Assembly (NCBI GenBank): GCA_965222075.1
Contig: OZ244937.1
Span: 3,552,001-3,616,000, forward strand
Direction of reading: 5' to 3'
From: Candidatus Latescibacterota bacterium
Lineage (GTDB): Bacteria > Latescibacterota > UBA2968 > GCA-2709665
DNA length: 64,000 nt
Both the position numbers and the translations under genes were made by a program. Below are positions 18,338-29,183 of this stretch, piece by piece. Below the pieces are notes generated by a model. The model did no database searches. It had not been told where the DNA came from and saw nothing but the letters and a program-made list of their open reading frames with translations. The first letter of the stretch is position 1. Every line of letters starts with the position of its first letter.

Positions 18338-19407
18338 TCTGGAGAAATGGGGAAGCTGACCCTGAACACGGTCCCAACACCCTCTTGGCTTTCCACCTCG
18401 ATGTGTCCAGCGTGTTCGTAAATAATCCGCTGCGCAATAGACAGGCCCAACCCTGTTCCCTCATCTTTGGTCGTATAATAAAACTCGAACACCCGGTCGA
18501 TCTCCGCCTCGGCAATGCCGCAGCCCGTATCCGACAGGGCCAGACAAACCTGTCCCTGCTCCGGGTCGACCCACGTCTTTGCGCACACCTTACCTTGTCC
18601 TTCAATCGACTGAAAGGCGTTGACCGTCATATTCAACACCGCCTGCCCCAACTGGTTCTCGTCTCCATCCACCAGAGGCAGGTCCGTCAACAGGTCCAGC
18701 TTCAGGTGCACCTCCTGTTCCCGTGCCTCAGGAGAGATCAGCTCGAACACGTGTCCCACCACATCGTTTAACGAAAGCCGCTGCAGCCTCAGTTCGGGCG
18801 CCCGGGAAAAACGGAGGAAGTTGCGCACAATCCGGTCCAGCCGTTTCATCTCAGCCTGAGCAATATTCAACCTTCGATAGAGGCGTTCCCGAAATTCACG
18901 GTCAAGGTCGGTCAGATCCTCTTCTAAGAGCTGGAGCTGAATGTCGATCGCCCCTAAGGGATTGCGCACCTCATGGGCAACCGAAGCCGCCAGCCGACCC
19001 AGCGCGCTCATCTTCTCCACCTGAAACATCTCCCGCTCCATCCGCTTCAGCTCCGAAACGTCTCGCACCACCATCACCACACCCGGGTCCACCTCTGCGG
19101 CCATGGAAGACGCCGTAATCCTCAAATGCTGTATCCCTCCCTCAGGACCCTGCTGGACCAGGTCAATAGGGATCGTCAGCCGGTTTCCCACAAATCCATC
19201 TTCCAGCACCCGCAACAAGCCGGGCCGACCGCCGAACAGCGCCTCCGCCGTCTCCCCAACCACAGGGCGGCCTTTCCACCCCATTAACAAAACAAAGGAG
19301 GCATTGGCCATCACGACCCGCCGATGCTCGTCAAAGGCCACGACCCCCTCACTCAGGCTCTCCAAAATCGAGGCGCTATGGTCCACCGTTGGTTCCGATA
19401 TGGACAT
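18334..19407 (-). CDS. Cytoplasmic PAS histidine kinase (NtrB/AtoS-like)
   Basis: PAS domain, AHEVRNPL H-box, N box, DTGCGI, GTGLGL; no TM helix; stop overlaps the regulator start. Confidence 0.92.
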   Translation of the reverse strand: MSISEPTVDHSASILESLSEGVVAFDEHRRVVMANASFVLLMGWKGRPVVGETAEALFGGRPGLLRVLEDGFVGNRLTIPIDLVQQGPEGGIQHLRITASSMAAEVDPGVVMVVRDVSELKRMEREMFQVEKMSALGRLAASVAHEVRNPLGAIDIQLQLLEEDLTDLDREFRERLYRRLNIAQAEMKRLDRIVRNFLRFSRAPELRLQRLSLNDVVGHVFELISPEAREQEVHLKLDLLTDLPLVDGDENQLGQAVLNMTVNAFQSIEGQGKVCAKTWVDPEQGQVCLALSDTGCGIAEAEIDRVFEFYYTTKDEGTGLGLSIAQRIIYEHAGHIEVESQEGVGTVFRVSFPISPE

Positions 19408-19539
19408 CCCCCTTGCTTTCTTCTGCCCTTTGCCCTTCCATAAGTAAATTCCCTATCTACTTCCCAACCTCCACATAAAAAAGCTATACAAGCCACCCCC
19501 AAAACGCAAGCTCAATCCCGAGCGGTCACCCCAAAGACC

Positions 19540-19569
19540 TTGACACACACACCCTTACTGTGGTATTAT
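19540..19569 (+). promoter_or_regulatory. Sigma70-type promoter for the multisensor kinase operon
   Basis: TTGACA-N18-TATTAT with extended TG. Confidence 0.6.
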
Positions 19570-19640
19570 AAATTTGGTACTTTATTTTGGTGATACCTCT
19601 GTTAGCCCTGAAAACGGGCCCGCCTCTCCAAGAGGCCACG

Positions 19641-22600
19641 ATGAAAAAAACAGAATACCATCCCCACCCAAACGCCGGAACCGGCCCTTCCCGGGACGAT
19701 CTCCTTCCAGAAGTCATCGAGTTCCTCCACACCCACTGGGAGGGACTTCTGAACACCTGGTTCACTCGCATCGAAAATACGGCGTTGCTCCAGGTCCGGG
19801 AAGACATCTCCCCGAACGTATCTGGGGAGATCCTGCAGGAATTTTTCGCCCTCGTCTGCAAACAGGCCGCCTGCCCCGGTGATTACGCGCCCCTCAGGGA
19901 CTACATCCAGTCGGGGGCCATCACCGCCTTTACCCCCGATGCCGCCTGCCGCCTTCAGTTCGCCTTTAAATATACCCTCCTGGAGGGCCTCAGAGAGGCC
20001 TGTGCAGATCGGCCAGACCGATGCCTTGCCCTCTGCCGCTACACCGAAACGACCATGGACGAACTCCTCCTGCGCATCGCCGAATTCTACCACGAGATGC
20101 GCTACAAGGAGATCCAGAAGCAGGAAGACGAACGCAACCGCGCCCTCAAACATACCCAGGAACGCCTCCAGACCCTTCTGGAAACGATGAACGAAGGGTT
20201 TACGGCCGTGGATACCACCGAAACCATCCTCCTCTTCAATCATCGCATGGAGCAGATCACCGGCTACAGCCGGGATGAAGTCATCGGCAAGCACGTCTCT
20301 ACGATCTATACGCCCGAAAGCCAGGAACGTCTCCAGGCCCAGCTCGCCCGGCGGCGGCGCGGCGAGTCCTCCTCCTACGAACTTAAAGTCGCCCACAAAG
20401 ACGGGCGGCGCATCCCCGTCCGGATCTCGGGCGCCCCCCTCCGGGACGATCGGGGCCACCACATCGGCAGCTTTGCCGTGGTCACCGACATAAGCGATCA
20501 GGTGCAAGCGGAAGACAACCTCCGGAAGAGCAACCGGCAAATCGCCCGGCTGCTCGACGCCGAACGCAAGCGGGCCGCCCATTTTGCCACCGTCAACCAG
20601 GTGGCGCATATGGCTCTCTCCACGCTCGACCCGGACGAAATCTTTCGCCGGGTTGTCCGCGCGGTGCAGGAGCGCTTCGATTATTACCATGCCGCGCTCT
20701 TCCTGACAGAAGGGGAATCCAACCAGGTGGTCCTGCGGGCACGGGCACGGGCAGGGGCGTATGAGCCCTACCTGCCCCAGGGCTACCATCAGGAGATCGG
20801 CGTGGGCATCGTCGGCACCGTCGTCGCTTCGGGCGAGTCCCTGCTGGCCAACGACGTGTTGGACGAACCCAGGCGTATCATCGCCTTTCCCGAGGAAGAA
20901 AACACGCGCGCCGAACTCTGTGTGCCCATCAAGCTCGGAGAACGGGTCATCGGCGCCCTCGACGTACAGAGCCAGGAAACGGATGTCTTCGACGAAAACG
21001 ACCTCACCTCCCTCCAGGTCCTGGCCGACCAGATCGCCTGGGTGACGCACAATGCCCAGCTCTTCCAGGAAATCCTCCACCTCAACGAGTTTAACGAACA
21101 AGTCCTCCAGAACATCCCCCTGCCCGTCCTCCTGCTGGATCCGGATCTGATCGTGGTCTTTGCCAATCCGAGCTACCGGGAACACCACAACCTAAAGCCC
21201 GAAGAACTGGTCAACCGGTCCCTTGAAGAGGCCGTGCCTTCCTCCCTGCTGGTTCAGCCGGAGGGCCGCAAGGCCTTGGGCGAGGTCTTTCGGACCGGCA
21301 GCACGCTCCACCTGGAGCGGCAAAAGGTCCAGATAGGAGCCTACCAGAACCGGGTGGTCGACATCCTCATGAGCCGGGTTGAAGTCGCCGAAGGTACCCC
21401 CCTGGCCCTGGTAGTCATTGAGGACATCACGGAGAGCCTGGAGAAGGCCTACCAGTCCTCCCTGCTGCGCCAGATCGGCCAGACCATGCAGGGCATCCTG
21501 GACCTGGATCGCCTCCTCTACACCATTTTAACCTGTGTCACCGCCGGTACTGCCCTCGGGTTCAACCGGGCCATCCTCCTGCTGGTGGATCAGGACCAGG
21601 ACACCCTGGAAGGCAGAATGGGGGTGGGGCCTTCCACCCAGGAGGAGGCCACTCGTATCTGGTCCGAACTGGCCCGCAGAAACCCGACGGTAGACGACAT
21701 CTTGGCCGACTACGACCGCCTCGAAGACCCGGCGGAAGCCCCCCTCTCCCGCGCCGCCCGGCAGGTCCGCATCCCCCTGGACGACCCCGACGACGTCCTG
21801 GCCCGCGCCGTGCGGGAACACCGCACCTTCACCGTGACCGACGGCGAAGTCCTCGCCATCAGTCCTGCCCTCTGGTCTGCCCTGGGCACCCACCAATTCG
21901 TGGCCGTTCCCTTAGTCGTCAAAGACCGCGCCCTGGGCGTCATCGTGGCCGACAACCTTTACAGCGGCACAACCATCACCGACGACAATGTCGACCTCCT
22001 CACCGCTTTTGCCGGCCACGCCGCCTTAGCCTTGGACAACGCCGAACTCTACCGCCAGCTGGAAGAGAAGGTCCTGGAGGTGGAAAGGGCCTACACGAAG
22101 CTGGAACGCACCCAGCAGGAACTCGTCCTCTCCGAACGCTTAGCCGTGATTGGCGAGATGTCCGCCCGCATGGCCCACGAGATCCGCAACCCTATGGCCA
22201 CCATCGGCGGATTCGCCCGGTCGATCCTGAAAAAGCCCGATCCCCGACGCGTCAAAACGGCGGGCAGCGTCATCCTGGAAGAAACCGAACGCCTCGAAAA
22301 ACTCCTCGAAGACACCCTCAACTTCACCAGGCCCAGCAAGCCCCAGCTTGTTCCAACCGACCTGAACCGGCTTTTCCAGGAAGTCCACACGCTGATCGAC
22401 GGCGAGCTTCAGGACAAACAGGTAGCCTACACCGAGTACCTCAACCCCGATCTGCCCACCCTCAACCTGGACGCCGCGCAGATCAAACAGGTCCTCATCA
22501 ACCTCCTCCACAATGCCCTGCAGGCCATGCCCTCCAGAGGGAATCTCACTGTCACCGCCCGCTGCTGCCAGCCCCCCCCTCAGGCCCAGACCGGGGAGGC

Positions 22601-22841
22601 CCGGAGCGAGTGGGTGGAAATCGAAATCCGGGATACCGGCGAGGGCATCCCCGCCGAACACCTCGAACAGATCTTCAGCCCCTTCTTCACCACCAAGACC
22701 TACGGCACGGGCCTGGGGCTGGCCATCTGCAAGAAAATTGTGGAGGACCACGCCGGCGCCCTCACCCTCGAAAGCCAGCCCGACCAGGGGACCACCGTGC
22801 GCGTTCAACTCCCCTCTCAAATCCCCCAGCCGGAAGTATAG
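19641..22841 (+). CDS. Cytoplasmic multisensor histidine kinase (helical/RsbRD_N-like - PAS - GAF - PAS - GAF - HisKA - HATPase)
   Basis: PAS/PAC (FNHRMEQITGYS…HKDGRRIPV), GAF (ELCVPIK…IGALDVQS), second GAF (GFNRAILLL…GVIVADN), AHEIRNP, DTGEGI, GTGLGL. Confidence 0.9.
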   Translation: MKKTEYHPHPNAGTGPSRDDLLPEVIEFLHTHWEGLLNTWFTRIENTALLQVREDISPNVSGEILQEFFALVCKQAACPGDYAPLRDYIQSGAITAFTPDAACRLQFAFKYTLLEGLREACADRPDRCLALCRYTETTMDELLLRIAEFYHEMRYKEIQKQEDERNRALKHTQERLQTLLETMNEGFTAVDTTETILLFNHRMEQITGYSRDEVIGKHVSTIYTPESQERLQAQLARRRRGESSSYELKVAHKDGRRIPVRISGAPLRDDRGHHIGSFAVVTDISDQVQAEDNLRKSNRQIARLLDAERKRAAHFATVNQVAHMALSTLDPDEIFRRVVRAVQERFDYYHAALFLTEGESNQVVLRARARAGAYEPYLPQGYHQEIGVGIVGTVVASGESLLANDVLDEPRRIIAFPEEENTRAELCVPIKLGERVIGALDVQSQETDVFDENDLTSLQVLADQIAWVTHNAQLFQEILHLNEFNEQVLQNIPLPVLLLDPDLIVVFANPSYREHHNLKPEELVNRSLEEAVPSSLLVQPEGRKALGEVFRTGSTLHLERQKVQIGAYQNRVVDILMSRVEVAEGTPLALVVIEDITESLEKAYQSSLLRQIGQTMQGILDLDRLLYTILTCVTAGTALGFNRAILLLVDQDQDTLEGRMGVGPSTQEEATRIWSELARRNPTVDDILADYDRLEDPAEAPLSRAARQVRIPLDDPDDVLARAVREHRTFTVTDGEVLAISPALWSALGTHQFVAVPLVVKDRALGVIVADNLYSGTTITDDNVDLLTAFAGHAALALDNAELYRQLEEKVLEVERAYTKLERTQQELVLSERLAVIGEMSARMAHEIRNPMATIGGFARSILKKPDPRRVKTAGSVILEETERLEKLLEDTLNFTRPSKPQLVPTDLNRLFQEVHTLIDGELQDKQVAYTEYLNPDLPTLNLDAAQIKQVLINLLHNALQAMPSRGNLTVTARCCQPPPQAQTGEARSEWVEIEIRDTGEGIPAEHLEQIFSPFFTTKTYGTGLGLAICKKIVEDHAGALTLESQPDQGTTVRVQLPSQIPQPEV

Positions 22842-22845
22842 ACCT

Positions 22846-23214
22846 GTGAAAACCCTCCTGATCGCCGACGACGACAAGAACCTGGCCCTCCTCTACGAGC
22901 AGGAACTCACCGACGAAGGCTACCGGGTAGAGGTGGTACACAACGCCCGTCAGGCCATCGATCACGTGGAGCAAAGTCCGCCCGATCTGCTCGTCCTCGA
23001 CATCCGGATGCCGGGCATGGACGGCATTGAAGCATTAAGCCATATCCTTGGAAAAAACAATCTCTTACCGGTTATTTTGAACACCGCCTACACCAACTAC
23101 AAAGACAACTTTATGACATGGGCCGCCGATGCCTACGTGGTCAAATCGTCCGACCTGACCGAACTCAAGAATACCATCCGGGATGTCCTCGAACGCCGGG
23201 AATCGGAATCGTAG
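22846..23214 (+). CDS. Single-domain response regulator
   Basis: GTG 22846: KTLLIADDD…DIRMPGMDG…NTAY…YVVKS. Confidence 0.9.
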   Translation: MKTLLIADDDKNLALLYEQELTDEGYRVEVVHNARQAIDHVEQSPPDLLVLDIRMPGMDGIEALSHILGKNNLLPVILNTAYTNYKDNFMTWAADAYVVKSSDLTELKNTIRDVLERRESES

Positions 23215-25915
23215 GGGCGCGCATGCCGCGCCCAAAGGTCTGACAATAATCGATACCCTCCAAAAAGAACTGGCCACACTGCGGAAGGCCTGCCCGCCTG
23301 AGGACCTCCATACAAAACGTACCGCGTGCCTTCGCAGCTTCCTCGACATCACCTGGGAGGAGATTCACGCCCAGCACACAGCGGGCGCATCCGGCACAGA
23401 GGTAGTACAGGCCCTCACCCGGCGGGTGGACACCCTTGTTTGCCTCCTCTACAGCGAGGCCGTCAACGATTCGGTTCATCCCCCCCCAGAAGGCTACGCC
23501 GTCCTGGCCCTGGGGGGATACGGCCGGGGCGCGCTCAATCCCAGATCCGACATCGACCTCCTCTTCCTCTTCCACAGGATCCGGGAAGCCGACCCCATCA
23601 CCAGGTCCATCCTCCACACCCTCTGGGATCTGCGCTTCGATATCGGCTACAGCACTCGCACCATCTCCGACTGTCTCACAGCCGCCCGGGGAGACACCGA
23701 TTCCCTCACCTCCATGCTCGAGGCCCGGCTGCTGGTTGGAGACCCGAACCTGGTCCGCCGGCTGGAAGAGGTCCTCGTCGGCCAGTTTTTCGGGCGCAAG
23801 GCCCGGGCCTTCGTCGCCCGGAAAATAGAGGAACGCCGGCAGCGGCACATCAAAGCCGGACTTTCCGTACAGCTCCTGGAGCCCAACGTCAAAGAGAACA
23901 CCGGCGGGCTGAGGGACACCCACACGGTGGGCTGGCTGCTTAAGGTCCGGCGAGGCCTAAATGCCCCCGAAGGCCTCCTGCAGGAACACCTGATCACCCG
24001 GCGGAACTACCAGCTCTATGTGGACGCGCTCGATTTTCTCTGGCGCACACGCAACGAACTCCACTTCTCAACCGGGAAGCGATACGACACCCTCGAACAC
24101 GACCTTCAGCCCGCCATCGCCCGCGGGCTCGGCTACATGGACGGCGGCCACGAGCTGGGCGTGGAACGGTTTATGCGCGACTACTATCGCCATGCCCGAA
24201 ACATCAAACACCTCACCGACCTGATCTGTGAACGGCTCAACGGCAAATTCTCTGCCGCCAACCGGGCCGTGGGGCTGATCGCGCGCCGCACCTTAGACGA
24301 CGGTGCCACCCTCTCGCACAGCCACATCGAGCTCCCCAGAAAACGCAAAAGCTTCTTTAGTGACGACCCTTATCGGCTGCTCAGCCTCTTCCTCGACGCC
24401 CAGCGCTTTGGCGTGCTCCTCAACGAAACCACCCAGAGCGCGATCAAAGGCCACCTCCGCCTCATTGATGAGGCCTTCCGGCACTCTCCCCGTGCGGCCC
24501 GGATCTTCTCAGACATCCTGGGCGCGCCAGAAGGGGTAGCCACCACGCTGCACACCATGCACGAACTGGGCGTGCTGGGTGCTTATATCCCCGAATTCGA
24601 CAGCCTGACCTGTCTGGTCCAGTACAACCGCTATCACATCTACACGGCCGACGAACATACCCTTATCGCCCTTGAAAACCTGGAACGTCTCGGCACGTAC
24701 CCGGCGGTGGAGGGAGACCTTGTTCACCTGAAGCAGGTCTTCAATGAAATCTCCAGAAAAAACCTTCTCTACCTCGCCCTGCTGCTGCACGACGTGGGGA
24801 AATCGGCCCGCGGGCAGGACCACAGCACTGTGGGCGCTCGAATGGCCCGGGACTTTCTAAAACGCCTCAACCTGCCCTCCGATCAGATCGATACCGTGGT
24901 CTTTCTGGTTCAAAACCACCTGACCATGTCCCATATTTCCCAGCGCCGGGACCTCTCCGATGAGGCAATGCTGAAAGAGTTTGCCCGCCAATTCAAACAC
25001 CCGGATGTTCTGCGCATGCTCTATCTGCTCACCTACGCCGACCTCTCATCGATAACCCGCACGGCCTGGACGGCCTGGAAGGCCCACCTGCTCCGGGAAC
25101 TCTACGTTAAGACGTTCAACCTCTTGATCTTGAAAGGAGAACCGCTCAGAGAAAAGGACGAGTATCAGGCGATGGACCGGCACCTGGTGGAAACCCTCGC
25201 CGACCGCTTCGGCCGGCACAGGCTGGAAGCACACCTCAACAACCTCCCCCAGCGCTATGCCGACCTGACGGATCTCGATGGGGTCGCAACGCACCTCAAT
25301 CTAATCGAAAAACTCAAAAAAGCCCTTGTAGCAGTTGATGTTACTCGAAGCGGCCTCTTTTCGGAAATAACGATCTGCACCCGCGACAAGCCCTACCGGC
25401 TCTCCAAAATCTGCGGCGTGCTGGCCACAAACGACATCAACATCTTCAGTGCCCAGGCCTATACCCGCACAGACGGCATCGTGCTTGATATTTTTCAGAT
25501 CACCAGCGTAGACGGGAGCCCCGAGATCGATTCCGCCCGGCAGGAACAGCTACACCGCCAACTCACCGAGGTCTTCGCGGAAAAGGTCTCGATCGAAAAC
25601 CTCCTCGCCAGGCATCAGCAGCGCTGGTCCAGGCGCCGCAGTCCGGCCATCCCCATCCCCACGGAAGTTCACTTTGAGAACGATATCTCGAACCGCTATA
25701 CCGTCATCGACATCTTCGCCCAAGACGCGGTGGGGCTGCTCTACAAGATCACCCGCGCCCTCTCCGACCTGGGCCTTGACATCTACACGGCCCGCATCAG
25801 CACCCAGGCCGACAAAGCCGTGGATTCCTTCTACGTCACCCAGAACGGAAACAAAATTGAATCCTCTGGTGCGCTGGAGCACATCCAAAAGGAAGTCCTT
25901 GCCCGAATCGAATAG
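23183..25915 (+). CDS. glnD: [Protein-PII] uridylyltransferase/uridylyl-removing enzyme
   Basis: LGGYGRG.L.P.SDIDLL, EPNVKE..GGLRD, HIYTADEH…LLHDVGK HD domain, two ACT domains. Exact start uncertain. Confidence 0.93.
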   Translation: MSSNAGNRNRRGAHAAPKGLTIIDTLQKELATLRKACPPEDLHTKRTACLRSFLDITWEEIHAQHTAGASGTEVVQALTRRVDTLVCLLYSEAVNDSVHPPPEGYAVLALGGYGRGALNPRSDIDLLFLFHRIREADPITRSILHTLWDLRFDIGYSTRTISDCLTAARGDTDSLTSMLEARLLVGDPNLVRRLEEVLVGQFFGRKARAFVARKIEERRQRHIKAGLSVQLLEPNVKENTGGLRDTHTVGWLLKVRRGLNAPEGLLQEHLITRRNYQLYVDALDFLWRTRNELHFSTGKRYDTLEHDLQPAIARGLGYMDGGHELGVERFMRDYYRHARNIKHLTDLICERLNGKFSAANRAVGLIARRTLDDGATLSHSHIELPRKRKSFFSDDPYRLLSLFLDAQRFGVLLNETTQSAIKGHLRLIDEAFRHSPRAARIFSDILGAPEGVATTLHTMHELGVLGAYIPEFDSLTCLVQYNRYHIYTADEHTLIALENLERLGTYPAVEGDLVHLKQVFNEISRKNLLYLALLLHDVGKSARGQDHSTVGARMARDFLKRLNLPSDQIDTVVFLVQNHLTMSHISQRRDLSDEAMLKEFARQFKHPDVLRMLYLLTYADLSSITRTAWTAWKAHLLRELYVKTFNLLILKGEPLREKDEYQAMDRHLVETLADRFGRHRLEAHLNNLPQRYADLTDLDGVATHLNLIEKLKKALVAVDVTRSGLFSEITICTRDKPYRLSKICGVLATNDINIFSAQAYTRTDGIVLDIFQITSVDGSPEIDSARQEQLHRQLTEVFAEKVSIENLLARHQQRWSRRRSPAIPIPTEVHFENDISNRYTVIDIFAQDAVGLLYKITRALSDLGLDIYTARISTQADKAVDSFYVTQNGNKIESSGALEHIQKEVLARIE
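23211..23233 (+). repeat. GTAG-type REP-like palindrome
   Basis: GTAGGGGCGCGCATGCCGCGCCC, related to 12946-12965. Confidence 0.55.
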
Positions 25916-26015
25916 ACAGCCGGTCCGCACTTAGCGTCTGCCCCTCCCCGGACATCGGGTCCGTATTCGATGGTTTGGGGTGATATGGCCAGATGCGGAT
26001 AACCCGAGAAAAAAC

Positions 26016-26054
26016 TTGACAATCCCTACTCCTTGCCTTACCTTGTGTTATAAT
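26016..26054 (+). promoter_or_regulatory. rho promoter(s)
   Basis: TTGACA-N17-TACCTT and an adjacent extended -10 TGTTATAAT. Confidence 0.6.
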
Positions 26055-26296
26055 CTTCTCCCGACGACCTCTGCCTGTACCTCGCAAACGGTATTCTTCA
26101 TCGCACCTTTTCCTCACAGCGCTTATCTTTGAAGGTTGTCTGTTGCTTCCCTGTTCACCCGCCTTTATCCCAACAAATCCGCGTCCAGGAGAGCCGCTTA
26201 GCTTCCCGTTAACCCCATGGGCCATCCGGGCAACGCTCCCCGCGTTCAGGTTGCCGATCATCCTATTCCGAAAGTCTCGCCAATTTCCCTAACCCT

Positions 26297-27610
<1,314 letters not shown>

Positions 27611-27696
27611 AAACGTCATTTGGTCATGCAGCACGAGCTTCAAATCCAGAATCGTGGAGACGGACTACGATCCACGATAATCCCAAGGAGCCACTG

Positions 27697-27963
27697 ATGA
27701 AAGCGGACATCCACCCCGAGTATGTCGAAACCACCATCACCTGTGCCTGTGGAAACAGCCTGCAGACGTATTCGACGGTACCCAATCTCCGCGTGGAAAT
27801 CTGCTCCAGCTGTCACCCCTTCTACACAGGGAAACAGAGGCTGGTAGACACCGCCGGGAGGGTGGAACGCTACCGCCAGCGCTATGGGATCGAAGATCCA
27901 GAATCGGAACCAGAAGCGCAGCCCGCAGGTGAGGCGGATACTGTAGAAACCGCTGAAAGCTAG
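27697..27963 (+). CDS. rpmE: 50S ribosomal protein L31 (Zn-binding type)
   Basis: MKADIHPEY…CACG…[21 protein letters not shown]; AAGGAG RBS. Confidence 0.96.
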   Translation: MKADIHPEYVETTITCACGNSLQTYSTVPNLRVEICSSCHPFYTGKQRLVDTAGRVERYRQRYGIEDPESEPEAQPAGEADTVETAES

Positions 27964-27981
27964 CAGAACTGCACGCATACC

Positions 27982-28039
27982 AAGGGTGAAACGGCGCCCG
28001 GCCGGACCGGTCGGCGCTGCTTCGCCCTTTTTGTTTTTT
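27982..28039 (+). terminator. Intrinsic terminator after rpmE
   Basis: AGGGTGAA.CGGCGCC…GGCGCTG.TTCGCCCT followed by a T-rich tract. Confidence 0.7.
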
Positions 28040-28080
28040 CACGCTATTTATTTATAATACAATTAGTTAATGGGGGGTTT

Positions 28081-29177
28081 TTGGTGTTTGGACAGCTGGA
28101 AAGTGTTGAAAAACGCTACGAGGAGATCAGCAAAAAAATGGCCCGCCCCGACGTGGCCGCCAATCCCGACCAGTTCCGCAAACTCACGCAGGAACTTCAC
28201 GGCTTGGAAGAGACCGTCACCACCTACCGGCACTACCGGGACGTCACCAGTGGTCTGGAGGAAGTCAGAGACATCCTCCAGAATTCCGACGATGCCGAAC
28301 TGGTTGAAATGGCCCGCATGGAGCAGGAGGAACTGCAACAGAAGGAGGCGGACCTTGCAGGCAAACTAAAACTCCTCCTCATCCCCAGGGATCCCAACGA
28401 CAGCAAGAATACGGTCGTGGAAATCCGCGCCGGCACCGGCGGGGAAGAGGCCGCCCTCTTCGCTGCAGACCTCTACCGGATGTACACCAAATACGCCGAA
28501 TCTCAGGGGTGGAAAACCGAAGTCCTCAGCTCCAATTCCACCGGCATCGGCGGCTACAAGGAGATCGTCTTCTCGGTTTCCGGCAACGACGTCTACGGCC
28601 GTCTGAAATACGAAGGCGGCGTCCACCGCGTGCAGCGCATTCCAGAAACCGAATCCAGCGGGCGCATCCACACCTCCGCTGCGTCCGTTGCTGTCCTCCC
28701 CGAAGCCAAAGAGGTCGAGATTGCCATCAACCCCGAAGACCTCAAAATCGAATCCTTCCGCTCCTCCGGGCCGGGCGGACAGAGCGTGAACACCACCGAC
28801 TCCGCCGTCCGCATCACCCACCTCCCCACCGATCTGACCGTGAGCTGCCAGGACGAAAAGTCCCAGCACAAAAACAGGGCTAAGGCCATGGTGGTCCTCC
28901 GTGCCCGCCTCTTAGACAGGGCCGTTCGAGAACAGCAGGAGAAGACCTCACGGGACCGCGGGGAACAGGTAGGCACCGGCGACCGCAGCGCCAAAATTCG
29001 GACCTACAACTTCCCGCAGGGCCGCATCACCGACCACCGTATCAAACTCAGTTGCACCGGCTGGAAGAGGTCCTCAACGGCGATTTAAACGAACTCATCG
29101 ACGCCCTGCGTCTGGCCGATCAGACCCAAAAAATGAAAACCCAGGAACAGAACGTCGCATCCATCACCGCCGATTAA
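28081..29177 (+). CDS. prfA: Peptide chain release factor 1 (apparent 1-nt frameshift at ~29050)
   Basis: [14 protein letters not shown] (PxT) motif, [18 protein letters not shown]. The conserved tail [19 protein letters not shown] continues in the -1 frame to TAA at 29175-29177. Confidence 0.93.
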
Positions 29178-29183
29178 TTTCCC

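Noticed and set aside
19602-21188. 528-aa minus-strand ORF
   Set aside because: Antisense shadow of the multisensor kinase.
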